A stretch of 63,938 nucleotides of DNA, filler included, from Nemertoderma westbladi (taxonomy: Eukaryota; Animalia; Xenacoelomorpha): the NCBI GenBank assembly GCA_032718475.1. It is 5 parts of 5 records of this genome, joined end to end, with 100 filler letters (N's around TTAATTAATTAA, not from the genome) between each part and the next. Parts side by side here need not be neighbours in the genome. Positions count along the whole stretch, not along the records: positions 37,726 to 47,834 come from JAUCBJ010004167.1; 4 more parts are not named here. One strand, written 5' to 3'. A program made the position numbers and the translations under genes. Under the pieces are notes generated by a model that was not told the origin of the DNA, did not search any database, and saw only the letters and a list, made by a program, of their open reading frames with translations. Numbering within the stretch: position 1 is the stretch's first letter; the number at the start of each line of letters is the position of its first letter. This document shows positions 37,726 through 47,934 of this stretch, one piece after another.

Positions 37726-38389
37726 CCACCCCACATCCAATACTAGAATGGATTCCACCGGAATTGGAGCGCACTTTAGGTTGATGCTATCTTCTCACCG
37801 GGAAGATAGCATGGGGGGGAGTGTTAGCGTATCCAATTCGCTGCACTACCCAGTGGAAAATGGGTAAAGTGGCTTTTTACCAATTATTGTTGATTATGCG
37901 ACTTTACCAATATAATGTCACCTAACAATTGGCACCTAGCAATATACAGTGTCAGCCACAGGGAGAGATGCCAGCACACAGAGATAGAAGCTAGCATAGG
38001 AACAGGGGATAGATCGACCAATGGAGGGACAGCATGTGTCCAATTACAGCGCGTCCACTGGTTGGCCACACTAGGTAGCTAATGTGTCCCATGTAATATA
38101 TAACCGTTACTCTGTCAATTGTAGTTTAGTTGGCATATTGGGTGAGCAGAAGTCGGACAGTTTTCAGCAGTCGCCGTCGTTGTCTGCTATCATTGTGATT
38201 ACTGTTGTACTGATTACTGCCGGTACTTGTATACTTATGAGAGATTAACAACATTAACACCAAATTCCTTTATTATAACCGGCCTTTGGCCTTCAGTCAT
38301 TCAGCCACAGTGAGCGGACGCGGCGACGCGTATTGAACCAAGACAAAACCGGGTCAGGATTCCCTCGCCAACTCAGGGATCCTGTCATA
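37726..38389 (+). mobile_element. 3' end of an LTR retrotransposon (internal tail, PPT, LTR 37822-38389), related to 55573-60745
   Basis: 37726-37821 matches 60033-60127; PPT GGGGGGGAG precedes TGTTAGCG; the LTR end GGATTCCCTCGCCAACTC..GTCA is shared. Confidence 0.8.
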
Positions 38390-39415
38390 ACCAGGAAAAC
38401 CCCCATGGCAAAGTCTTTGCATGGTTTTGTGCTTTCTTGTTGCTAGACTATTGTTGATTGACAGACATTCTTACATATTAACAGACAGTTTTTGCGCGGG
38501 AAGGTTCAAACTTTAAAGGCAATTATCTCGGCATCGCATTTTTTCCTTTTTAAATAACTACTCCTCCGCAATTGTTCAACCAAATCTCATGACTTTAGTC
38601 GCATTCGAACAGGTTTCGGGAGTTCTTTAACATTCATCTTATCGAATTTAGAAAAAAACTTCATATTTCATGAATAGCTGATTTTAATCAAAAAAATTAA
38701 AATTAATTTATTTAATTAATTAATTTTTTATAATTAGCTAATTAAAAATTATATAAGATAAAATTTGTAGACTCTATCCTGCTGAATCCAAAAAAGTTGA
38801 TTTCAAGAAATTTGGACCAAGATTGAGGAACTAGTAGTGTTTTTAGTTAAATTCTAAATTCCGCCGCCAGGCGCTAGGGGGAGGCCAAAAATTTTCTAAT
38901 TTACGTTTGGAGACTATATGCTGCGACGATAAAATTGTTAAATTAAACTATAACCCAAAGTAATTGCTATTTCAAAAAAAAAGGCCAGTGGGGGGGATAC
39001 CCCCCCCCCCCCCCCCCCCCTTAAGAGAAATATGTTATATGTATTGTATTGACAATAGTAATAATAATACTTAAAGGGGGGGGGGGGGGGGGGCTATAGG
39101 CGCAATCTATGTTGATTTCACACACACAAGCACACCCCCCACAGTGGATAAATACACCCAATGGGCAACCTGATTTTGACAACAGCCCGAATTATGTACC
39201 TTGTCGTTGCCGGGTTACCCTAATAATTATCCCTACCATATTTTATAATTGGCTATAGGTATAATATATTATTCGAGCCAACAGTTTATTAAATAACAAC
39301 ATAGTTACAAAACATACTATAACATATATAATTAATTTAAATTTATGAGGAATACTGAACTTGAGTAAAACTTTAATTGCCTAGAATAAAAGGCAGAGTA
39401 ATATTGAATTATTCA

Positions 39416-42400
39416 ATGGCGCGAACAAAACAAAGCAAAAAGGGCAAGTCAAAATCAAAAAAGTCATTCGAAATGGTTTCTGAGAATCCTCCAGATGACA
39501 ACCTAACTCAATCAGCTCCAGATAATTCATCTTTAACCAAAGACCATGACGCCCAGAAAACTGAATCCGCCCCTGTTAGTTTACTCCAAAAGATATCAAC
39601 CCTAGTTGGCTCACAGCAAACTGAATCGGCCCATATTGGTTCACTGCAAACTGAATCGGCCCCAATTGGTTCACAGCAAACTGAATCGGTCCATATTGGT
39701 TCACTCCAAACTGAAACTGAATCGGCCCCAATTGGTTCACTCCAAACTGAATTGGCCCCAATTGGTTCAGAGCAAACTGAATCGGCCCCAATTGGTTCAC
39801 AGCAAACTGAATTGGCCCATATTGGTTCACTCCAAATTGAATCGTCCCCAATTGGTTCACAGCAAACTGAATCGGCCCATATTGGTTCACTCCAAACTGA
39901 ATCGGCCCCAATTGGTTCACAGCAAACTGAATCGGCCCTTATTGGTTCATTCCAAACTGAATCGGCCCATATTGGTTCACTCCAAACTGAATCGGCCCCA
40001 ATTGGTTCACAGCAAACTGAATCGGCCCATATTGGTTCACTCCAAACTGAATCGGCCCCAATTGGTTCACAGCAAACTGAATCGGCCCCAATTGGTTCAC
40101 TCCAAACTGAATCTTCTGCTGCAGACTCAGCATCACAACCAACACCCCAACAGTCTAAAAAGTCCTATTCATTTTCATCAGGACCAATAGAATGGGAAAT
40201 GGAGAATGGCGAGTGGGTCGGACATTCAAAGATAGAGGAGAAACCTGACCCACAGCCACAGCCACTAAATCCAATCAAACAAGCTAGTGAAAAAGGAACT
40301 AGAGGAAAAGGAATTGACGATATGAAATCGGGAGATGCCTACAGGAAGAAGGAATCAGATGAGCAGCCAGTAACCAAGGCCAAGGGATACTACAGACGGA
40401 GAAGCATTGATGATAATGTCAGTAATGTCAGCATTGACAGTATAGACAGAAACATTGATGATGATTCCATTACAGGAATCCGGGACATTGGTGTTGGACT
40501 TCAAACTAGACACAATCATTTCAAAGAAGATGTCAGAAAACTGAACAATGAAACAAATACCGGTATTAATAATAAAAATAAGTTTGGAGAGCAAATCGAA
40601 AAAATGCCGAGGTATTATAGAGGTGGAAGTTTCGATGATAATGTTAGTGACATTAGTGAAATAAATGGCAGTTTAAATAAAGAATTAAATGAGTTAGAAT
40701 TAGGATTAGATGAGTCCGTTGAGTCAGATTTAACTACAACAGAGCCAAAAGAAGATTCAATTACATCATTATTACAAAAAACAAAAGATAGTAAAGAAAT
40801 AATTGAATACCTAAGAAAGATAGACCCAACAGATGATAAGGGAAGATTTGTAAACAAAATGAAAAAGAATGCCATTATTATCTGCAGCAGAAAAGATATT
40901 GCCATTGTAAATAAACTTGAAGAAAGTTTAGGAAAGTATGAAATCATCTTGAGAACACTGTCATCTGGTGTAGATATTGATGAAAAAGGTCATGATTATA
41001 AATATATGAAGGACTGGATGATCAAATGGATGGGTTACAAAGTAGAGAAGATATGCCAACCTGTAGTAGTTTTGATCACTCCAAATAACAATAAAGCATA
41101 TGGAAAAATAGATAACAGTTCAAATTGGTGCGAAAGGTTTACACAATTTGCTTTAAATACAGGAAATTACGTTATTGTTTTGCGTGCAAATATCCATAAT
41201 ATTCATCACATACACGAACAATCTACAACCGCTGCAGCATGTGAATGCTGGATAGAGGAACTCCTCCTAGGTCGGCAGTCAGCCACACTGTCATTAACTG
41301 ATAGAAGTAAAGACAGCTGGGAAAAGGGTGTGAAAGAGATAGCAAATAAAATATCTATCATTCAAGATGCGGCAGAGCAAACGATTCCTTATGCGATTAA
41401 AGTCGAGACAGGGAATGTCAAAAATGGAGGAACAGATTCGACTATTTGGTTTGAAATAATTGGAAGCAAAGCAATGTCTGGACAATTTCAACTACAAAAG
41501 ACATTCAGTGGAGGAAGCAAACAGACTTTTAACATACAATCAATAGATCTAGGAGAGAATATACTAAATATGATTGTAAGAAGTGAATATGATGGTAAAA
41601 AGGCTAAATCATGGTACTTACAAGGTGTAAACATTCGAGACATTTATAGGAAAACTAATGTTACTTTCGAGGTTAATAGGTGGTTATCAAAAGATCGTGA
41701 TGATGGGAAGTGTATCAAAGTATTCTATCCTGTCGATGTGATTAATGCGCTATTCAAAGTAGTACTTGCTGGTAATGCAGGGGGAGGGAAGAGCAGTATA
41801 TTGCAGAGATATACTAATAATGTGTTTGGTGAAGAATATGTATCAACAGTCGGTGTAGACTTTGCAACTAAGGTTTTACATGTTAAAGGAAGCAATGCTA
41901 AACTGCAGATATGGGACACTGGTGGGACAGAGAGGTATCGAGCCATGTCCGCATCATACTATAGAGGAGTTCATGGTGTATTTATAGTATATGACGTCAC
42001 TCAGAGAGGCACTTTTACCAGTGTACTTAAGTGGTATAATGAGTTACAACCTTTTATACATTCGGATGTAAAAATAGTATTGATAGCAAATAAATGCGAT
42101 CTAAAAAATGTTAGAGAAGTGTCAACTAAAGAAGGTACAGAATTGGCAAGAACCTTTAACATGAGTTATTTGGAAACAAGTGCAAAGAACAATACCAATG
42201 TAGAAGAAATGTTTAAGATGATAACAGAATCCATGCTAGTTGAACAAGGCAGAACTATTATAACGGAACAGCTGCCAGCAGAAATTCTATCAAGGGGGCC
42301 AGATGCCATAAATGCTTTTAAACTGGCATTGAACAATGGAACAAAACCAATATTTAGAACACGTCTAATGCTCGTTGGACAGGATAGGGCCGGCAAGACA

Positions 42401-45232
42401 AGTTTGAAGAATTCCTTAATGGGTGAAAAGTTTAATCCAAAGGAGATTTCAACAGATGGAATTACTGTTAATGATGACTGCGAAATAGATGTCAGTCATT
42501 GGCAACCATGGCAACCAAACACCAATGAGGAATATAATAAAACTAAAAATATAGAGAATGAGTATTATACAAGATTGGCATATTTAGTTGCAAAGGAAAT
42601 TATTAGAAAGAAACAAGAATTTTTAAGTAAAGTAAGTAGAGTTTCGAATAATGCCTCAGAAAGTATAAAAGAAGAAATAAAAAGTAGCTTAAAAAATGAT
42701 GAAAATCAAGAAATCCAATATGGAGAAAATCATGAAAAAGAAAACAGCCAATCAAGTGAAAGTGAATCGTCAATTACAGTAGATGGTGGACTAGTATCTA
42801 CTCAACAACTTAGTAGATTATTGGTAGAAAGTCGGGTAAAGGAGGAAGATATATATGACAGTAGTGTAGATATACCTGACAGAGTTAAGGAGTTACTGAT
42901 TGAGATGTTAGACCAGGAACAACAAAGCGAGATTTATACAGAAATAGCTGAAGAAAGTGATAAAATTACACTAAGTATTTGGGACTTTGCTGGGCAATCA
43001 GTGTATTATGCAACACACCAGGTTTTCCTAACATACAGGGCAGTATATGTGATAGTGTTCAATCTAACAGATGACCTAGAAGCCCCAGCGCAAACACTTC
43101 AACGAAGAGGACCTTGTGCTACTGATGATGATCCAGACAGTCAATTTGTGCATCATGAGATGCGAAATATAGATTTTATTGACTTTTGGATGAATTCAAT
43201 TTATGCTTTTACATCAAAACAGACTGGAAAACAACGGAAATATATTGGTAAGGATGGATATGTAGAAACACCCCCAATATTTATTGTAGGAACTCACAGA
43301 GCTAGTTTGCATTCTATACCAGAGGAGCAATATAAAATGGCAAGACAGAAGTTCAAATTAATTAAAGAACTGATTGCTAGGAAATCTTATGCAATGCATC
43401 TTGTACGTGAGTGTTATGCAGTGGAGAATCATATAGAAAATGGATCAGATAAAGAAGTTATCAAACTTAGACAACATATTCAGGATATAGCCAAACAACA
43501 GCAGTATATGGGAGAGTTAATGCCATTACATTGGTTAAAATTCGAAAATGCCATGCAAAAAATACATCATCAAAATTTTTCAAATATTGATAAAGTCCGT
43601 GATATTGCAAAGAATGTTGGAATTACATCAGACACTACTTTCGTGACAATGCTAAATTTTTACCATGATTTGGGCAATATCATTTATTATGGAGGTTTGG
43701 GCGCAACTGACGACAGTTTGAGAAACACTGTTATACTCAATCCACAGTGGCTGATAGATGTGTTCAAAAAGATCATAACCATAGCTGATATTGACAATGA
43801 GTGGGTAGCACTGAGACCATATTGGGAGAATCTAGACGATAATGGGATACTAGACGAACCATTACTGGACCATATGTGGAACTCCATAATCTCACAAAAA
43901 ACAACTTTAATTGCATTAATGGAAAAGTTTGATCTAATGTGTGAGAAATTTCCACCGAAACAAAGAAATATTTTACCATACAGATCGTTTTATATTCCAG
44001 CCAGGATGAAAATTCCAAACAAAAAGATTTTTATTCCTCATTCCCAAAACGATATTATTTTCCACATAATATTTGATGGATTCCTCCCGGAAGGTTTATT
44101 TAATAGATTGTCAGTGAGGGCTGTCAAATGGTCCCAAGAACAAGGCAGCTCTGAACCAAAACTGTATCACAGAGTAGTTCGGTTTTATGTAGATGATGAA
44201 CACGATTGTGTTCTTGAAATGGCACCTATTGGACTGGCTAGAATCAAGGTTAGTGTAGTTCGAGTTAGTGTCGTAAGCGATGATGGAGAAATATCTCTAA
44301 ATAAGGGAAAGACTCCAAAACCTGAAGCTTTTGCTGCTGTGAGACACTTTATAGAGTCCACCCTAAATGATTTCAAGCATTTATGGGTTAAGAATATATC
44401 ATACAAGACAGCCGTTGAATGCCCTTGTGAAAGAGAATGTGAATTTCACAAAGTAGAACACTGTCCTGAAATGGAATGTATTCATTTCTTAGACATGGAA
44501 GATTCATTGGAAAAGAAGGTTATGTTATGTGAACATAACCGTGTGAGTACACATAAATTTAGGCAGTGGGTACCGCAGGAAAGTCCAATACCATCTGAAC
44601 CACAGGAGAAGATAGGCAAAACTAGAGATAGTAATAAAGAAATATTCTTAAGTTATAATTGGAAGATTCAAGAAAAGGTAAAACAGATGAAAGAACATTT
44701 GGAGAAACAAGGTATTACTTGTTGGATGGACATTGGGCAGATGGGTGGTGGAGACAAGCTATTTGGTCGAATCGATGAAGGTATCTCAAATTGTAAAGTG
44801 TTCATACCTTGTATTAGTAAAGGATATCTAATATCGAGATATTGTGTTACTGAGGGCCAATTGGCTTTTGAAAGAAAAAAGAAAATAATGCCATTATTAT
44901 TCGAGAGTCAAAAGACCTGCTGCAGTAATGCAGGTTGGCCCCCCAAAGGGGAATTGGCTATACCATTCTCTGGTACAGTATTTACGGAGTTTTGTGACCC
45001 ATTTAGAACTCATGGTAACTATAATAAACATAATAAATTAGACAACGATGTGAGATTTGCTCAGCTCGTTCAAAACATTAAAATGCATCTAGAAACTGAT
45101 GAACTTGGTTGTTTTGACAAAAAGAGTTTTCTGCAAATATCCGATAAACAGGGCCTTGGCAATGAAGCAAAAAATGGATTCGATGAAGGAATCGCAATTC
45201 GGAAAGCAAGTCGATTTTGTGCCATATTATAA
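39416..45232 (+). CDS. Single-exon Roco-family protein: repeats, TIR-like, PLAT, Rab-like GTPase, Roc, COR, TIR, CaaX (~1938 aa from the first ATG)
   Basis: Uninterrupted 5.8-kb ORF. PLAT (Y.IKVETG..GGTD..WYL..F.VNRWL) ~41390-41731. Rab (GNAGGGKS, TVGVDF, WDTGGTERY, YYRG, NKCDL, ETSAK) ~41750-42240. Roc (GQDRAGKTSL, STDGI, WDFAGQ..YYATHQVFL, VGTH) ~42350-43480. COR (P..WL.FE, FYHDLGNII, VILNPQWLIDVF) ~43500-44420. TIR (IFLSYNW, CWMD..QM.GG, S.YC..E..LA) ~44638-45090. Ends CAIL*. Confidence 0.9.
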   Translation: MARTKQSKKGKSKSKKSFEMVSENPPDDNLTQSAPDNSSLTKDHDAQKTESAPVSLLQKISTLVGSQQTESAHIGSLQTESAPIGSQQTESVHIGSLQTETESAPIGSLQTELAPIGSEQTESAPIGSQQTELAHIGSLQIESSPIGSQQTESAHIGSLQTESAPIGSQQTESALIGSFQTESAHIGSLQTESAPIGSQQTESAHIGSLQTESAPIGSQQTESAPIGSLQTESSAADSASQPTPQQSKKSYSFSSGPIEWEMENGEWVGHSKIEEKPDPQPQPLNPIKQASEKGTRGKGIDDMKSGDAYRKKESDEQPVTKAKGYYRRRSIDDNVSNVSIDSIDRNIDDDSITGIRDIGVGLQTRHNHFKEDVRKLNNETNTGINNKNKFGEQIEKMPRYYRGGSFDDNVSDISEINGSLNKELNELELGLDESVESDLTTTEPKEDSITSLLQKTKDSKEIIEYLRKIDPTDDKGRFVNKMKKNAIIICSRKDIAIVNKLEESLGKYEIILRTLSSGVDIDEKGHDYKYMKDWMIKWMGYKVEKICQPVVVLITPNNNKAYGKIDNSSNWCERFTQFALNTGNYVIVLRANIHNIHHIHEQSTTAAACECWIEELLLGRQSATLSLTDRSKDSWEKGVKEIANKISIIQDAAEQTIPYAIKVETGNVKNGGTDSTIWFEIIGSKAMSGQFQLQKTFSGGSKQTFNIQSIDLGENILNMIVRSEYDGKKAKSWYLQGVNIRDIYRKTNVTFEVNRWLSKDRDDGKCIKVFYPVDVINALFKVVLAGNAGGGKSSILQRYTNNVFGEEYVSTVGVDFATKVLHVKGSNAKLQIWDTGGTERYRAMSASYYRGVHGVFIVYDVTQRGTFTSVLKWYNELQPFIHSDVKIVLIANKCDLKNVREVSTKEGTELARTFNMSYLETSAKNNTNVEEMFKMITESMLVEQGRTIITEQLPAEILSRGPDAINAFKLALNNGTKPIFRTRLMLVGQDRAGKTSLKNSLMGEKFNPKEISTDGITVNDDCEIDVSHWQPWQPNTNEEYNKTKNIENEYYTRLAYLVAKEIIRKKQEFLSKVSRVSNNASESIKEEIKSSLKNDENQEIQYGENHEKENSQSSESESSITVDGGLVSTQQLSRLLVESRVKEEDIYDSSVDIPDRVKELLIEMLDQEQQSEIYTEIAEESDKITLSIWDFAGQSVYYATHQVFLTYRAVYVIVFNLTDDLEAPAQTLQRRGPCATDDDPDSQFVHHEMRNIDFIDFWMNSIYAFTSKQTGKQRKYIGKDGYVETPPIFIVGTHRASLHSIPEEQYKMARQKFKLIKELIARKSYAMHLVRECYAVENHIENGSDKEVIKLRQHIQDIAKQQQYMGELMPLHWLKFENAMQKIHHQNFSNIDKVRDIAKNVGITSDTTFVTMLNFYHDLGNIIYYGGLGATDDSLRNTVILNPQWLIDVFKKIITIADIDNEWVALRPYWENLDDNGILDEPLLDHMWNSIISQKTTLIALMEKFDLMCEKFPPKQRNILPYRSFYIPARMKIPNKKIFIPHSQNDIIFHIIFDGFLPEGLFNRLSVRAVKWSQEQGSSEPKLYHRVVRFYVDDEHDCVLEMAPIGLARIKVSVVRVSVVSDDGEISLNKGKTPKPEAFAAVRHFIESTLNDFKHLWVKNISYKTAVECPCERECEFHKVEHCPEMECIHFLDMEDSLEKKVMLCEHNRVSTHKFRQWVPQESPIPSEPQEKIGKTRDSNKEIFLSYNWKIQEKVKQMKEHLEKQGITCWMDIGQMGGGDKLFGRIDEGISNCKVFIPCISKGYLISRYCVTEGQLAFERKKKIMPLLFESQKTCCSNAGWPPKGELAIPFSGTVFTEFCDPFRTHGNYNKHNKLDNDVRFAQLVQNIKMHLETDELGCFDKKSFLQISDKQGLGNEAKNGFDEGIAIRKASRFCAIL
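39617..40113 (+). repeat. Coding 30-bp tandem repeat, 16 units of QTESA(P/H)IGS(L/Q)
   Basis: Counted from the translation; one unit has an in-frame 6-nt insertion (QTETES). Confidence 0.97.
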
Positions 45233-46115
45233 ACAGTTAAAGACAATGGTGTTCTATACTGTTAGTTATAAATTATATATATACACCGCTTCAGTTTATA
45301 ATTACAGTTTGTACCTTATTACTCCATCAAATTCTGCATTCTTTATTTACATCAGTTTATTTTTTAATTATTAATTTTACAATGAGTTTCTGACTTTACA
45401 TTTTGTACTTATCGCCACATTATTTAAATGATATTTATTTACATCTGTTCATTTAAGTATTTATTAACGTAACAATATAATTATTTGCAATTGATTTTAT
45501 ATTTTATACCGATATAATGCTAATTCTCACTTAATCATCCTAATTCGTTTCTATACCATGGACGAGAGAAGGTATATATTATTAGGATTAATTTGTTTCA
45601 TTTTCAGAAATTATATATTATCTTGGTTTTAGTAATTTACTTATGAGTTATGTTAATAATAGCTATCTATCGTTGTGGTGAGCATTTCATGTTGTTTAGT
45701 TCCACCGTCAATAAATATATATATACAACTATGAATAATATAAATATGGAACTACATTTTGGAATAGAGTAAAATAATTATGGAAATTGTACTTATTATT
45801 CAATATAAATAACTCTTAATAGTATAATACTTATATTTTCAAGTCAGTGTGAAATATGCCGTGAAATAAAGTAAACTCAATGATGGGGTGCTATATGCGT
45901 ATATATCACAGCGTGAAATAAAGTAACATTATTATTTGATTAGGATTGTGCCGCATTCTATTCCGCAGTCTAACAGTAAGTCATTCATCACAGATGTAGA
46001 CAGTAAATAAAATAATATGCAAAAGGGTAGACGTGAGTGTTAAGTGTTAAAAGTGTTAAGATTGATTATAAAAGGGTAGTGTTAAACTAAAAATTACTAA
46101 ATATATAAAATATGG

Positions 46116-47834
46116 AGGCTGTACTAGGTTAAAATATAATATAAAATACGGGACTAATACTGACTAATACTATAAAGGCTGTACTAGGTTAAAATATAAT
46201 ATAAAATACGGGACTAATACTGACTAATACTATAAAGGCTGTACTAGGTTAAAATATAATATAAAATACGGGACTAATACTGACTAATACTATAAAGGCT
46301 GTACTAGGTTAAAATATAATATAAAAGATGGGACTAATACTGACTAATACTATAAAGGCTGTACTAGGTTAAAATATAATATAAAAGATGGGACTAATAC
46401 TGACTAATACTATAAAGGCTGTACTAGGTTAAAATATAATATAAAATACGGGACTAATACTGACTAATACTATAAAGGCTGTACTAGGTTAAAATATAAT
46501 ATAAAATACGGGACTAATACTGACTAATACTATAAAGGCTGTACTAGGTTAAAATATAATATAAAAGATGGGACTAATACTGACTAATACTATAAAGGCT
46601 GTACTAGGTTAAAATATAATATAAAAGATGGGACTAATACTGACTAATACTATAAAGGCTGTACTAGGTTAAAATATAATATAAAATACGGGACTAATAC
46701 TGACTAATACTAAAGGCTGTACTAGGTTAAAATATAATATAAAATACGGGACTAATACTGACTAATACTATAAAGGCTTTACTAGGTTAAAATATAATAT
46801 AAAATACGGGACTAATACTGACTAATACTATAAAGGCTGTAATAGGTTAAAATATAATATAAAATACGGGACTAATACTGACTAATACTAAAGGCTTTAC
46901 TAGGTTAAAATATAATATAAAATACGGGACTAATACTGACTAATACTGACTAATACTGACTAATACTGACTAATACTGACTAATACTGACTAATACTGAC
47001 TAATACTGACTAATACTGACTAATACTGACTAATACTGACTAATACTGACTAATACTGACTAATACTGACTAATACTGACTAATACTGACTAATACTGAC
47101 TAATACTGACTAATACTGACTAATACTGACTAATACTGACTAATACTAAAGGCTGTACTAGGTTAAAATATAATATAAAATACGGGACTAATACTGACTA
47201 ATACTATAAAGGCTGTACTAGGTTAAAATATAATATAAAATACGGGACTAATACTGACTAATACTATAAAGGCTGTACTAGGTTAAAATATAATATAAAA
47301 TACGGGACTAATACTGACTAATACTATAAAGGCTGTACTAGGTTAAAATATAATATAAAATACGGGACTAATACTGACTAATACTATAAAGGCTGTACTA
47401 GGTTAAAATATAATATAAAATACGGGACTAATACTGACTAATACTATAAAGGCTGTACTAGGTTAAAATATAATATAAAATACGGGACTAATACTGACTA
47501 ATACTATAAAGGCTGTACTAGGTTAAAATATAATATAAAATACGGGACTAATACTGACTAATACTATAAAGGCTGTACTAGGTTAAAATATAATATAAAA
47601 TACGGGACTAATACTGACTAATACTATAAAGGCTGTACTAGGTTAAAATATAATATAAAATACGGGACTAATACTGACTAATACTATAAAGGCTGTACTA
47701 GGTTAAAATATAATATAAAATACGGGACTAATACTGACTAATACTATAAAGGCTGTACTAGGTTAAAATATAATATAAAATACGGGACTAATACTGACTA
47801 ATACTATAAAGGCTGTACTAGGTTAAAATATAAT
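46116..47834 (+). repeat. 60-bp satellite with an internal (GACTAATACT)n expansion at ~46928-47147; runs into the contig end
   Basis: Unit AGGCTGTACTAGGTTAAAATATAATATAAAATACGGGACTAATACTGACTAATACTATAA. Confidence 0.97.
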
Positions 47835-47934
47835 NNNNNNNNNNNNNNNNNNNNNNNNNNNNNNNNNNNNNNNNNNNNTTAATTAATTAANNNNNNNNNN
47901 NNNNNNNNNNNNNNNNNNNNNNNNNNNNNNNNNN
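47835..47934. other. Artificial contig-join spacer
   Basis: N44-TTAATTAATTAA-N44. Confidence 0.97.

Noticed and set aside
39377-39415. ORF-track start of the 1951-aa protein
   Set aside because: It is a TTG; in a eukaryote the first ATG at 39416 is the likelier start
39576-40190. Alternative-frame and antisense repeat ORFs (HSKLNRP, NQLGPIQF)
   Set aside because: By-products of the 30-bp coding repeat
39416-45232. Bacterial origin or anti-phage TIR system for the intronless Roco gene
   Set aside because: The Rab-type domain, CaaX box, downstream AATAAA (~45710) and flanking animal TEs point to a eukaryotic gene; no operon context
46116-47834. CRISPR-like array
   Set aside because: Head-to-tail identical units with no unique spacers and no cas genes; it is a satellite
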